Below, piece by piece: positions 38,566-46,710 of a DNA stretch of 64,000 nucleotides; the first letter of the stretch is position 1; each line of letters opens with the position of its first letter. Location: positions 6,801 to 70,800 of the forward strand of contig JANMCN010000156.1 of assembly GCA_031361295.1 (NCBI GenBank), written 5' to 3'. This DNA comes from Acidobacteriota bacterium. Lineage in GTDB: Bacteria; Acidobacteriota; Vicinamibacteria; Vicinamibacterales; 2-12-FULL-66-21. The translations under genes were made by a program, and so were the position numbers. Below the pieces are notes generated by a model. It did no database searches and was not told the origin of the DNA. It saw only the letters and a list, made by a program, of their open reading frames with translations.

Positions 38566-38603
38566 GCTGTACCGCGCACCCGCGCTGACATAGGGGACAT
38601 TTC

Positions 38604-38855
38604 ATGGCGAACCGCACCAAGGTCACACAACAGAAGCGCGCCCGGGAGCGCGCGAAACAGGAGCGGATGCAGGAGAAGACCCGGCGGCGGGAAGAGGTGA
38701 AGGTTCGAAAGGCGAACGAGCCGGCAGCCGCGGGAAGTGTCGGCGGGGAGGACCCTGACATCGCGGGCATCATTCCGGGCCCACAGCCGCGGCCCTGGGA
38801 AGACGACGATCTGGTCGAGGAAACGGCGGACGCCGAGAAGACCGACGCCGAGTGA
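38604..38855 (+). CDS. Small, highly charged hypothetical protein (83 aa)
   Basis: AGGGGA RBS 7 nt upstream. A basic N-terminal half (KRARERAKQERMQEKTRRREEVKVRK) and an acidic C-terminal half (WEDDDLVEETADAEKTDAE). High GC3. Confidence 0.6.
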   Translation: MANRTKVTQQKRARERAKQERMQEKTRRREEVKVRKANEPAAAGSVGGEDPDIAGIIPGPQPRPWEDDDLVEETADAEKTDAE

Positions 38856-38951
38856 CCGCGCCGGCAGATTGACCGGATAGAGGGCGGCCGGCGTGCTGGT
38901 CGTGGCTTTCCATCGACCCGCCGACCGCCTCGACTCACCGGGTGTCGCGGG

Positions 38952-39101
38952 TCAGACTCTCCGGCGACCGCTCACCAGCCCGAGCACGAACAGCACGATG
39001 GCAATCACCAGCAGCACGTAGATGAAGTTGCCGAGCGTGTAACCGCTGACCAGGCCGAGCAGCCACAACACCAGCAGAATCACCGCAATCGTAAAGAGCA
39101 T
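38952..39101 (-). CDS. lmo0937-family small membrane protein (49 aa)
   Basis: MLFTIAVILLVLWLLGLVSGYTLGNFIYVLLVIAIVLFVLGLVSGRRRV. GGAGGG RBS. The longer 102-aa ORF N-terminus is non-coding-like. Confidence 0.7.
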   Translation of the reverse strand: MLFTIAVILLVLWLLGLVSGYTLGNFIYVLLVIAIVLFVLGLVSGRRRV

Positions 39102-39252
39102 CAGTCCCTCCTGCCGGACCTGTTCAGCACAAGCCGTACCGCAATCCCGAACGTGTCTGGAGCCGCCAAACGCGCCACTTTCCCGTGCGCGGGGGCGCGC
39201 CGGTATGTCGCGCGCTACCGCAAAGCGGCGCGAGACAGCTGAGGCGGGGAGC

Positions 39253-40095
39253 TCAGGCATCCCTCTCGACGGTGACCTCGACTATACCGAGCGGCTCTTC
39301 GAGTGCGACGAACAGGTCATCCGGGTTCACCATGCCGGCTCCATAGAGGTCGGCGGGACGATAGGGGCGTTCGTGGAGCGCGAGCGTGATGTCGGAAATC
39401 TCCTGATACGTCGCGAGGACGACATCGGCGATCGCATACAGCGTGTGCTGAACCGACCGGCTCGCATGCCACGCGAACGTCTCGATGATGGCCGCGCGCA
39501 CCCCCTGGCGGAAGGGGCGGAACGTCACATCCGGACTGCTGTACGTCCAGCGCGCCGACAGCCCGCCGACGAGCAGCCGCTGCAGACCATCGGTCCTGCC
39601 GTCTTCGGCCAGATCACGCGCAGGTGGCGCAAACCCCGCGGTTCGCATCAGCGACAGATCATCGAGGCCCGAGACCACCGCGACCTTCGGTCCATTGCTC
39701 GTGACGGTCGCGGTCTTCACCTCCGGTGTCCCGGCCATGAAGGCCTGTCCCTGCGGACGGCCTCCGGCGTCGAGCCGCGTCCACGACTTCTCGGTAATCT
39801 CCACCCGCGAGCGGGTGATTGTGGGATGTCCGCTCAGCACCCGGTCGCAGAGCGCGATCCCGAATTCTTCGATCTCGCCGGCGCCGTGCTCGCGAGCCGT
39901 GCGATGGACGACGTTCTTGAGGGTCTCTCCAGGCACGAGCCCGTCGGCGCGCCCCTCGCGGAAGGCGGCGGCAAAATTCCCTTCGAAGCGGAACGACACC
40001 GTCAGCTCCTTGGGATCATGCCGATCGCCGCGGCGCATGATCCGGAGCAGCCGCAGCCGCGATTCCCCGTGGCTGCTTGAGCCGATTCTGGGCAT
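39253..40095 (-). CDS. Urate-oxidase-family (tunnelling-fold) protein, divergent
   Basis: Collinear with cofactor-less uricases as I remember them: HGESRLRLLRI (versus YGKAEVRLV), FRFEGNFAAAF, PGETLKNVV, LSARWTY, SVQHTLY, EPLGIVEVTVERD. Start at 40095. Confidence 0.65.
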   Translation of the reverse strand: MPRIGSSSHGESRLRLLRIMRRGDRHDPKELTVSFRFEGNFAAAFREGRADGLVPGETLKNVVHRTAREHGAGEIEEFGIALCDRVLSGHPTITRSRVEITEKSWTRLDAGGRPQGQAFMAGTPEVKTATVTSNGPKVAVVSGLDDLSLMRTAGFAPPARDLAEDGRTDGLQRLLVGGLSARWTYSSPDVTFRPFRQGVRAAIIETFAWHASRSVQHTLYAIADVVLATYQEISDITLALHERPYRPADLYGAGMVNPDDLFVALEEPLGIVEVTVERDA

Positions 40096-40161
40096 CGCGG
40101 GAATGTACCATGAGCGCGGCAGCGGGTGCGGAATCCCGTCCACCGCCCGGCGTCGGTTCGA

Positions 40162-40167
40162 TATAAT
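40162..40167 (+). promoter_or_regulatory. Perfect TATAAT -10 hexamer 11 nt upstream of the acyP ATG
   Basis: TATAAT at 40162-40167 in an otherwise GC-rich divergent intergenic region. No convincing -35 or SD. Confidence 0.35.
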
Positions 40168-40178
40168 CAACCGCTTCC

Positions 40179-40451
40179 ATGATCGTCGCACGGCGGTTCC
40201 TGATTGGCGGGCGGGTGCAGGGGGTCGGCTTCCGGATGTTCGCGGAAGCACGGGCGGCCGTCGAGGGCGTGCATGGGCACGCGCAGAACCTGCCAGACGG
40301 CCGCGTCGAAGTGCTCGTCGAAGGGGACCAGGACTCGGTCGATCGGATCGAGCTGGCGCTGCGGCGCGGACCGGCGGGGGCGCAGGTGGAATCGTTCGAG
40401 GTCGAGGGCGTCGCGCCGTCACGGCGCGCCACCGGCTTCACGACCCGGTAG
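40179..40451 (+). CDS. acyP: Acylphosphatase
   Basis: 90 aa. RRFLIGGRVQGVGFRMFAEARAAVEGVHGHAQNLPDGRVEVLVEG is the acylphosphatase signature. Confidence 0.85.
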   Translation: MIVARRFLIGGRVQGVGFRMFAEARAAVEGVHGHAQNLPDGRVEVLVEGDQDSVDRIELALRRGPAGAQVESFEVEGVAPSRRATGFTTR

Positions 40452-40497
40452 ACAGACAGGGCCGCGCGCGCAGGCGGCGGCTCACGGCAGGAGTTCG

Positions 40498-41013
40498 ATG
40501 GAACAGCTGAAATCGAAGATTCGACACGTCCCCGATTTTCCCAAGCCCGGCATTCTGTTTTACGACATCACCACGCTGCTGCGCGATCCGGCCGGCCTGC
40601 ATGACGCGGTCGACAGCATGGCGACGCCTCACCTGGGGCGCGGCATCGACCTGGTCGTCGGTATCGAAAGTCGCGGCTTCATTCTCGGAGCCGCCGTGGC
40701 CGATCGCATCGGCGCGGGGTTCGTGCCGGTGCGAAAGCCGGGGAAGCTGCCCGCACCCTGCGTGCAGGCCACATACGACCTCGAGTACGGCAGCGACAGC
40801 CTCGAAATGCATCGCGATGCGGTCCAGGCCGGCCAGCGCGTACTCATCGTCGACGATCTGCTCGCGACCGGCGGAACCGCGCGCGCCACCGTCGACCTGG
40901 TCAAGCAGCTCGGAGGAACGGTCGCAGGCGTCGCGCTGCTCATCGAACTCGTCGGTCTGAACGGACGGGCGCGTCTGGCGGGCGAGCAGGTCACCGCCGT
41001 CCTGCAGTATTAA
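40498..41013 (+). CDS. apt: Adenine phosphoribosyltransferase
   Basis: IRHVPDFPKPGILFYDITTLL, GIESRGFILG, and the PRPP-binding VLIVDDLLATGGTA. GGCAGGAG RBS. Confidence 0.9.
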   Translation: MEQLKSKIRHVPDFPKPGILFYDITTLLRDPAGLHDAVDSMATPHLGRGIDLVVGIESRGFILGAAVADRIGAGFVPVRKPGKLPAPCVQATYDLEYGSDSLEMHRDAVQAGQRVLIVDDLLATGGTARATVDLVKQLGGTVAGVALLIELVGLNGRARLAGEQVTAVLQY

Positions 41014-41035
41014 CCTGATAGACTTGGGGTTTTCC

Positions 41036-41112
41036 GCGCCCGTAGCTCAGCAGGACAGAGCACTGGTTTCCTAAACCGGGGGTCGCAGGTTCGAGACCTG
41101 CCGGGCGCACCA
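41036..41112 (+). tRNA. tRNA-Arg (anticodon CCU), CCA encoded
   Basis: Folded by hand. Acceptor GCGCCCG/CGGGCGC. D-arm GCTC/GAGC. Anticodon stem CTGGT/ACCGG with loop TTCCTAA (CCT at positions 34-36). T-arm GCAGG-TTCGAGA-CCTGC. Discriminator A, then CCA. Confidence 0.9.
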
Positions 41113-41154
41113 GCCTTCGCCCGCCCTGCCAGCGCGGCAAGCAGTTGAAGATTT

Positions 41155-41895
41155 ATGAAGAGCACGGAACGGCACAAGCTGAAAGAACACGAGTTCGCGC
41201 ACACGGTCGCCCGCGCGCGGGAGGTCATCGACACGCGTGGCCGCGACATGGCCACGGTCGCCGTGCTCGTCGTGGCGGCGCTGGCGCTCGCGTTCGGGTA
41301 TATGGCGTGGCGGCACTCGCGCGATGCGAAGGCGAACACGATGCTGGCCTCGGCGCTCGCGGTCGCTGAGGCGCCGGTCGTCGCACCCGTTGCACCCGCA
41401 CCAGGCAGCCCGATGCCGGTCCAGCAGCCGGGCACGTTCCAGACCGAACGAGCCAGGCTCGACGCCGCGTTGCCGAAGCTCCTGCAGGCCGCCGACGCCT
41501 ACCCGAATACCGACGCCGGCATTGCGGCCCGCTATCGTGCGGCGGGTACGCTGGCTTCGCTTGGCCGGTTCGGCGAGGCGCAGCAACGATACCAGGAGGT
41601 CGTCGACAAGGCGGGAAGCCGGATCTACGCCCGGACCGCCAGGCTCGGCCTCGCGCAGGTGGAGGTCGCCCAGGCCAAGTACGACGAGGCCATCAAGATC
41701 TACCAGCAGCTCAGTACCGATACGACCTCACAAATCCCGGTGGACGGTGTGCTGATGGAACTCGGGCGGGCGTACTTGAAGGCCGGCAGGAAAGCCGAGG
41801 CTGCGCACGCGTTCACGCGGGTCGTGGAGGAGTTTCCGCAGTCGCTGTATGTCGCCGACGCACGCCGGGAGATGGAAGAAGCCAAGAAGGGCTGA
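41155..41895 (+). CDS. Membrane-anchored TPR-repeat protein (YfgM-like architecture)
   Basis: The N-terminus MKSTERHKLKEHEFA is followed by one TM helix (VAVLVVAALALAFGYMAW) and TPR-like helices (YPNTDAGIAARYRAAGTL..., FPQSLYVADARREMEEAKK). Confidence 0.7.
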   Translation: MKSTERHKLKEHEFAHTVARAREVIDTRGRDMATVAVLVVAALALAFGYMAWRHSRDAKANTMLASALAVAEAPVVAPVAPAPGSPMPVQQPGTFQTERARLDAALPKLLQAADAYPNTDAGIAARYRAAGTLASLGRFGEAQQRYQEVVDKAGSRIYARTARLGLAQVEVAQAKYDEAIKIYQQLSTDTTSQIPVDGVLMELGRAYLKAGRKAEAAHAFTRVVEEFPQSLYVADARREMEEAKKG

Positions 41896-41945
41896 GCGCC
41901 CCAGCGCAGGCGCCCGGCCGTCCGCGAAACCGGAGGCGGGGGAGA

Positions 41946-42374
41946 TCAGGCCGTCCGGGTGCGATCGGCCTCCGATTCCCACGTGGCACGTGTCGTGGCG
42001 CTCTGGCGTTCGGGCTCGACCATCAGTCGCAACGCGTAATCGGCGGGAGCGCCCGTCACATCGCTGACCGGTCCGACGCGGAACACCGCGGACAGCACGC
42101 TGGACTTGCGGAGCGGCGCCGGCAGGTCGGTCCGCGACCGCGCCGCGCGGTCGATCTGGAAATAGACCAGGCGATACATCGGGATGGGCGTGCCCCCCAG
42201 GCAGCCCACGCTGACCCCGTGAGGACTGACATCGCGTGTCATCACGGATGCCACCCGCGTGTTGCCTTTGGAGTCCTTCCACAGGATCTGGCCGGGCACC
42301 TCGATCGGATGCCGATCTTCGGTCCGCTTCTCATATCGGCTCCCACCCTGCACGAGACGAAGTCGCTGTTCCAT
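41946..42374 (-). CDS. PilZ-domain (c-di-GMP-binding) protein
   Basis: RxxxR (RTEDR) followed by DxSxxG (DVSPHGVSV) at PilZ-typical spacing. GAGGGA RBS. Confidence 0.7.
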   Translation of the reverse strand: MEQRLRLVQGGSRYEKRTEDRHPIEVPGQILWKDSKGNTRVASVMTRDVSPHGVSVGCLGGTPIPMYRLVYFQIDRAARSRTDLPAPLRKSSVLSAVFRVGPVSDVTGAPADYALRLMVEPERQSATTRATWESEADRTRTA

Positions 42375-42526
42375 GTGGCCGTCCCTCTTGGAAGAATCTC
42401 TGCTGCTGGTATATCAAGCGGCGCGCCCGCGGAGGCAGGCCCCCGCTCGAGCCGGATTATTTCAGTCAACTTCTTCCTTGTGTGAGACTTGCGATGATTT
42501 CTGCGGAAGCAGAGGAGGGCGCGCTG

Positions 42527-42573
42527 CTGGATACTTCGTATTCAGACCCCGGATAACTGGATACCAGGTATCC
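42527..42573. promoter_or_regulatory. Two 15-bp palindromes (GGATAC-TTC-GTATTC and GGATAC-CAG-GTATCC) plus a GGATAAC half-site; candidate protein-binding sites
   Basis: Site A is 42529-42543 and site B is 42559-42573. The 8-mer CTGGATAC recurs at 42527 and 42557, exactly 30 bp apart. They lie between the activator stop (42605) and the PilZ start (42374). Confidence 0.35.
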
Positions 42574-42604
42574 TGGCGAGCCGCTCCACGTGTGACGACG
42601 GCGG

Positions 42605-45514
42605 TCAATGGACGGGGCGGAAGGACCCGACGCGGAGCCGCTCCATCTTCAGGTAGAGTCCTCGGCGGGTGAGGCCGAGCAGGCGCGCGCTCTCGGAGAC
42701 GTTCCCGGCCGCGCGCTCGAGCGCCGACTGGATCATCTCGCGTTCGATTTTTTCCACCGCCGCGGCGAGCGTGGACTGGCGATGCCGCGGGCGCGCCGCG
42801 GGATCCACGGCCAGTCCGCGGGTCCCGAAGGCCGGCGACAGCAGGTCGGGCGTTATCAATCCGGCCGGGGGGGCCATGGCGACGGCCCGTTGAATTTCGT
42901 TTCGGAGCTGCCGGACGTTGCCGGGCCATGGGAATGTGTCGAACAGGTCGAGTGTCTCGGCGCCCAGTCGGACATTGGGCTTCGCGAGGCGCTCGCACGC
43001 GTCGCGCAGGAAGAACGTGCTCAGGTGCGGGATTTCCTCGCGGCGCTCGCGCAGCGGCGGGACGTGCATGTGGATCACGCTCAGCCGATAGAACAGGTCC
43101 TCCCGGAACTTCCCCTCGCTCACCCGGCTCTCGAGATCGACGTTGGTCGCGGCGACCACGCGGACGTCGACCCGCTGCGGCCTCGTGTCGCCGACCGGCA
43201 GCACCTCGCCCTGCTCGAGGAATCTGAGCAGCTTCGGCTGGACGTCGAGCGGAAGATCCCCGACTTCGTCCAGGAAGAGCGTGCCGCCCAGCGCCGTTCG
43301 CAGGACGCCGGGTTGATCCGCCACCGCCCCCGTGAAGCTGCCGCGCCGATGGCCGAACAGCTGGCTGTCGGCGAGCTCCCGCGTGGCGCTGGTGCAGTTG
43401 TAGGGGAGGAACATGTTGTCGCGACGCGGCGATCCGGCATGGATCGCCCGCGCGACGAGGTCCTTCCCGGTCCCGCTCTCGCCGGTGATGAGCACCGTCA
43501 GGTCATTGCCCTGCATCCGCTGAATCTGATCCGCGACGCGCTGCATCGCGGCGCTCGCGCAGACGAACCCGGGGAGCAGCGGCTCGAGCGGCCGCTCCAG
43601 CGCGCCCGACGCACCCTCGAGCGGGCGGTCGCGCGCGAGGCACAGATCGAATCCCTGCCGGAGCACGGCGCACAGCGTGCGGAACCGCTGCAAGGTCGAG
43701 GACGTGATGGAGCGGGCGGAGGAGAGCGCGGCGAACCGCGCGCCTTCCGGGGCGCGGCCGATGGGTTCCACCACGAGCACGCTCGGTCCGGCGTTGTGGC
43801 GGAGGGCGGCGGCGGCGAGGGCGCGGGCGCTGTCCAGATCGCATCCGGCCGACGCGAGCACCTGGATCTGCCCGCCGGCCGCCTGGACGAACAGGGTCGA
43901 GGCCTGTGCGTCGCAGGCCTCGAGCAGCGCGGTCGCGCCCTCGCGCGCGAGCAGGGCCGGCATCGCCGACGCGTCCACGATTCGCCGCACCAGGGCATCG
44001 TCGCCGTCCATCTGGACGCCGAGATATCCGACGGCTGCCGTCGACGGCACGTGATTCAAGGCGGCACGGGCCTCGGCCAGGTCGGGCCCCGCGCCGAGCG
44101 CCTCGAAGACCGTGGCCGCCGAGGTCAGGAACCGGTTCGCGCGCGATCGCGCCCCGGCGGCGGCTGCGAGACGCCCGAGCTCCAGGTGGCTGAGCCCGGT
44201 CTGATAGCCCTCGCCCAGCAGGTCGAACACGCTGACACTCTGGCCGAAGTCATGATACGCGTCTGTCGCGCGCCCGGCGGCGGCATGGAGACGCCCCCGC
44301 AGCCGGAGAAATTCGCCCCACGTGCCCGTCATCGCGCCAGGCTGCACCCGTGCGGCCACGCCGTCGAGCCACTTCTGGGCTGCTTCGGTCCGTTCGAGCG
44401 CCAGCAGCGCCTCGATCGCGATCAGATCCGCCTGGAGCGCGTACACGCCGGGCGCGTCGGCCGCCGACGCCACTTCTCCGGCGACCGCCAGCGCCCGCTC
44501 CGCGTCACCCCGACGGAGCGCGAGCCGCGCGTCCAGGGCCCGGACGGACCACTGGTACCACCGGCTCGCCTGCGTTTCGCCATACGCCTCCCGCGCCTTC
44601 TGGAGGCACCGGCTGGCCAGTTCGTGTTCGCCGCGAATGAGGTGAATCTGTGCGAGCGTGTCGAAGACGGCGCCGGTCGTCTCGCGCATGAAGTGCAGCG
44701 GGCTTCGAACGTCGAGCGCCCGGTTGAGCGCCTCCTCCGCGCGCTTCAGGCTCCCGACCCGCACGCAGATCTGGCCGAGCGAGGCGAGCGCCACCCCAAG
44801 GCCATGCGGCGTGCCTGAATGCTCCTGCAATTCGACGCTGCGCTCGGCGAGCGACAGCGCCTGCTCGTGGCGGTGCTGCATCAGCGCGACGTTCGCCTGA
44901 TTGCCGCAGACGGTCGCCAGCACGTCACCGGCCTCGACGATGACCGCCAGCCGTTCCGCCTGGCGCAGGGCCGCGATGGCTTCGTCGAGACGCCCTTCCT
45001 GCGCGAGGGACACGCCCGAGAGGGAATGCACCATGGCGAGATGGCGGCGGTCTCCGGCGGCGTGGAGCGCGGACGCGGCGTTCGTGATGTGCTCCCGCAC
45101 GATGCCCATGTCGCCGACCTGCCGGTAACACAGCCCGAGCTCGTAATGCGCGAGTCCGATCGCGCGCGAATCGTGGGCCCGCTCCGCCTGTTTCAGCGCT
45201 TTGGTGAGGAGCGCAATGCCACGCGACGGCTCGCCCCGGGCGACGGCGAGGCGGCCGTGCACGCGCCAGACGTCCGACAGCCTGGCGGGGTCCATCCGCT
45301 CCCGCCCCTGCGGGGCGGGCCCGAGGGCGTCCGTCGCCTGCCGCACGTCGTCCTGCAGCAGCCACGCCTCGGCGAGCGCGCACCGAATCTGCACCTGCTC
45401 GTCACGGCTCAACCCCGGCCGTCGGAGCGCGCGAATCAGCAGGGTGGTGGCTTCGGCGCCGAACCCGCGTTCGAGCGCTTCAACCGCTTCGGCGTAAAGG
45501 TCTGGGTCGCCCAC
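42605..45514 (-). CDS. Sigma-54-dependent transcriptional activator (bEBP) with a long N-terminal TPR region and an unassigned sensory domain
   Basis: The C-terminal half has Walker A LITGESGTGKDLVARAIH, GSFTGA (a GAFTGA variant), Walker B GGTLFLDEVGDL, VDVRVVAATN, FREDLFYRLSV and a Fis-type HTH ARLLGLTRRGLYLKMERL. The N-terminal ~600 aa are TPR-like. I prefer GTG 45514 as the start because the 70 codons up to ATG 45724 look non-coding. Confidence 0.85.
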   Translation of the reverse strand: MGDPDLYAEAVEALERGFGAEATTLLIRALRRPGLSRDEQVQIRCALAEAWLLQDDVRQATDALGPAPQGRERMDPARLSDVWRVHGRLAVARGEPSRGIALLTKALKQAERAHDSRAIGLAHYELGLCYRQVGDMGIVREHITNAASALHAAGDRRHLAMVHSLSGVSLAQEGRLDEAIAALRQAERLAVIVEAGDVLATVCGNQANVALMQHRHEQALSLAERSVELQEHSGTPHGLGVALASLGQICVRVGSLKRAEEALNRALDVRSPLHFMRETTGAVFDTLAQIHLIRGEHELASRCLQKAREAYGETQASRWYQWSVRALDARLALRRGDAERALAVAGEVASAADAPGVYALQADLIAIEALLALERTEAAQKWLDGVAARVQPGAMTGTWGEFLRLRGRLHAAAGRATDAYHDFGQSVSVFDLLGEGYQTGLSHLELGRLAAAAGARSRANRFLTSAATVFEALGAGPDLAEARAALNHVPSTAAVGYLGVQMDGDDALVRRIVDASAMPALLAREGATALLEACDAQASTLFVQAAGGQIQVLASAGCDLDSARALAAAALRHNAGPSVLVVEPIGRAPEGARFAALSSARSITSSTLQRFRTLCAVLRQGFDLCLARDRPLEGASGALERPLEPLLPGFVCASAAMQRVADQIQRMQGNDLTVLITGESGTGKDLVARAIHAGSPRRDNMFLPYNCTSATRELADSQLFGHRRGSFTGAVADQPGVLRTALGGTLFLDEVGDLPLDVQPKLLRFLEQGEVLPVGDTRPQRVDVRVVAATNVDLESRVSEGKFREDLFYRLSVIHMHVPPLRERREEIPHLSTFFLRDACERLAKPNVRLGAETLDLFDTFPWPGNVRQLRNEIQRAVAMAPPAGLITPDLLSPAFGTRGLAVDPAARPRHRQSTLAAAVEKIEREMIQSALERAAGNVSESARLLGLTRRGLYLKMERLRVGSFRPVH

Positions 45515-45521
45515 GCGGCGG

Positions 45522-45550
45522 AGTATACCTTGTATACATAATGGTGTTGA
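45522..45550 (-). promoter_or_regulatory. Sigma-70-like promoter TCAACA-N17-TATACT, 7 nt upstream of the activator GTG, overlapped by palindrome GTATAC-N3-GTATAC
   Basis: On the minus strand, the -35 TCAACA is at 45550-45545, the spacer is 17 nt, and the -10 TATACT is at 45527-45522. The palindrome is at 45523-45537. This is one of the most AT-rich spots in the window. Confidence 0.35.
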
Positions 45551-45775
45551 CGGCCAGCGCGGATAATTTTTTCGGCAGGAACCCGGGCTTCGAGTCTCGA
45601 GACCGCCGGCGCCGGAGGGCCTCACCCGGACAGGAAGTCGGCCCTCCGACTTGCGGGCAACGCTGTTTGGTCTCGGGTCGTCTGACCTGGGGTCGGGAGC
45701 CGCCGATGCCAAGCTTCGAAGCATCTCGTGGGGCCTGTCCGGCTTTCCCGGCCCCGTTCCATGTTCGGCTGGAGA

Positions 45776-46663
45776 CTATTTCGCGAAGCGGTAGGTGAGG
45801 ATCTTGTAGATCAGCTTGGCGCAGAGGAAGTTCGGGGCCATGACGCCCGGCAGAGGACTCAGCTCCACCAGGTCGCAGGCCACGACATCATGACGGGCGA
45901 TCGTCGCGCGAAGCAGCCCGAGCATCTCGTACCAGGACAGCCCCCCCGGCTCCGGCGTTCCTGTCGCCGGCATGATCGCCGGATCCATGCCGTCGACATC
46001 GATGGTGATGTAAACCGGTCCGGTCAGCGTCTCGACCACCCTGTCGATCCACGCGGAATCGCGACGCATGGTCGCGTCGTAGAAAATGGTGGTATCCAAG
46101 CCAGGCGCAGCCTCGGCCTCTTCGGTGGACATGCTGCGAATCCCCACCTGCGTGACCCTGGCGTAGTCGAGCGCCCGCCGCATCGCGCACGCATGATTCT
46201 GCGGCGTGCCCATGTAGGAATCGCGCAGGTCCGCATGGGCGTCAATCTGCAGGACGGACAGGCCGGCGTGCTTCGCGGCAGCGGCGGCGACGAGAGGCGG
46301 CGTGATCGAATGCTCGCCGCCCAGCGTGACCAGGAACTTGTCGCGGGCCAGGATTTCTGACGCCACCCGCTGGATTTCGTTCATGACCTCGGGGAGCTCG
46401 CCGAACGGCAGTTCCATCTCCGGCAGCGTGAAGATCCCGACGCCGTGCACATCGGCCCCGACCTCTTCATCCCACAGTTCCATGTGCGACGACGCCTGGA
46501 GGATCTCGTGGGGGCCGTTGCGCGTCCCCGACACGTATGACGTGGTGCGATCCACCGGAACGGGCAGGATGACCACCCGGGAATCATCGAACGATCTGGG
46601 GTGCGGAAGCGCCCCGCCGAATGCCAGCGGCACGCCGTGGTCGTACTCGAAAGGAAAACTCAT
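45776..46663 (-). CDS. speB: Agmatinase (arginase/ureohydrolase family)
   Basis: Mn-binding motifs GGEHSIT, QIDAHADL and ITIDVDGMDPA, plus TPEPGGLS. ATG 46663 lies 7 nt after TAGAAT (minus strand, 46676-46671). An alternative GTG is at 46669. Confidence 0.85.
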   Translation of the reverse strand: MSFPFEYDHGVPLAFGGALPHPRSFDDSRVVILPVPVDRTTSYVSGTRNGPHEILQASSHMELWDEEVGADVHGVGIFTLPEMELPFGELPEVMNEIQRVASEILARDKFLVTLGGEHSITPPLVAAAAAKHAGLSVLQIDAHADLRDSYMGTPQNHACAMRRALDYARVTQVGIRSMSTEEAEAAPGLDTTIFYDATMRRDSAWIDRVVETLTGPVYITIDVDGMDPAIMPATGTPEPGGLSWYEMLGLLRATIARHDVVACDLVELSPLPGVMAPNFLCAKLIYKILTYRFAK

Positions 46664-46710
46664 GGCCACGATTCTAAGCTACCGCTGACGGGACCGGCCG
46701 GCCGACGCAC

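Noticed and set aside
42375-42526. Sigma-54 (-24 GG / -12 GC) promoter upstream of the PilZ gene
   Set aside because: I read the minus strand base by base and found no TGGCAC-N5-TTGC-like element. The closest, CCGCAG-N7-TCGCA, lacks the invariant GG. No promoter is called.
42608-44818. 736-aa plus-strand ORF
   Set aside because: It is antisense to the sigma-54 activator, whose AAA+ and HTH motifs are unambiguous. The translation has no recognisable motifs and a skewed R/G/A/P composition.
45586-45600. tRNA-like T-arm sequence GCTTCGAGTCTCGAG
   Set aside because: It is a simple CTCGAG-containing palindrome. No acceptor, D or anticodon arms can be built around it.
45614-45647. Hairpin GGAGGGCC-N18-GGCCCTCC as the speB terminator
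   Set aside because: The loop is 18 nt, there is no U-tract, and it sits about 130 nt from the stop. It is too weak to annotate.
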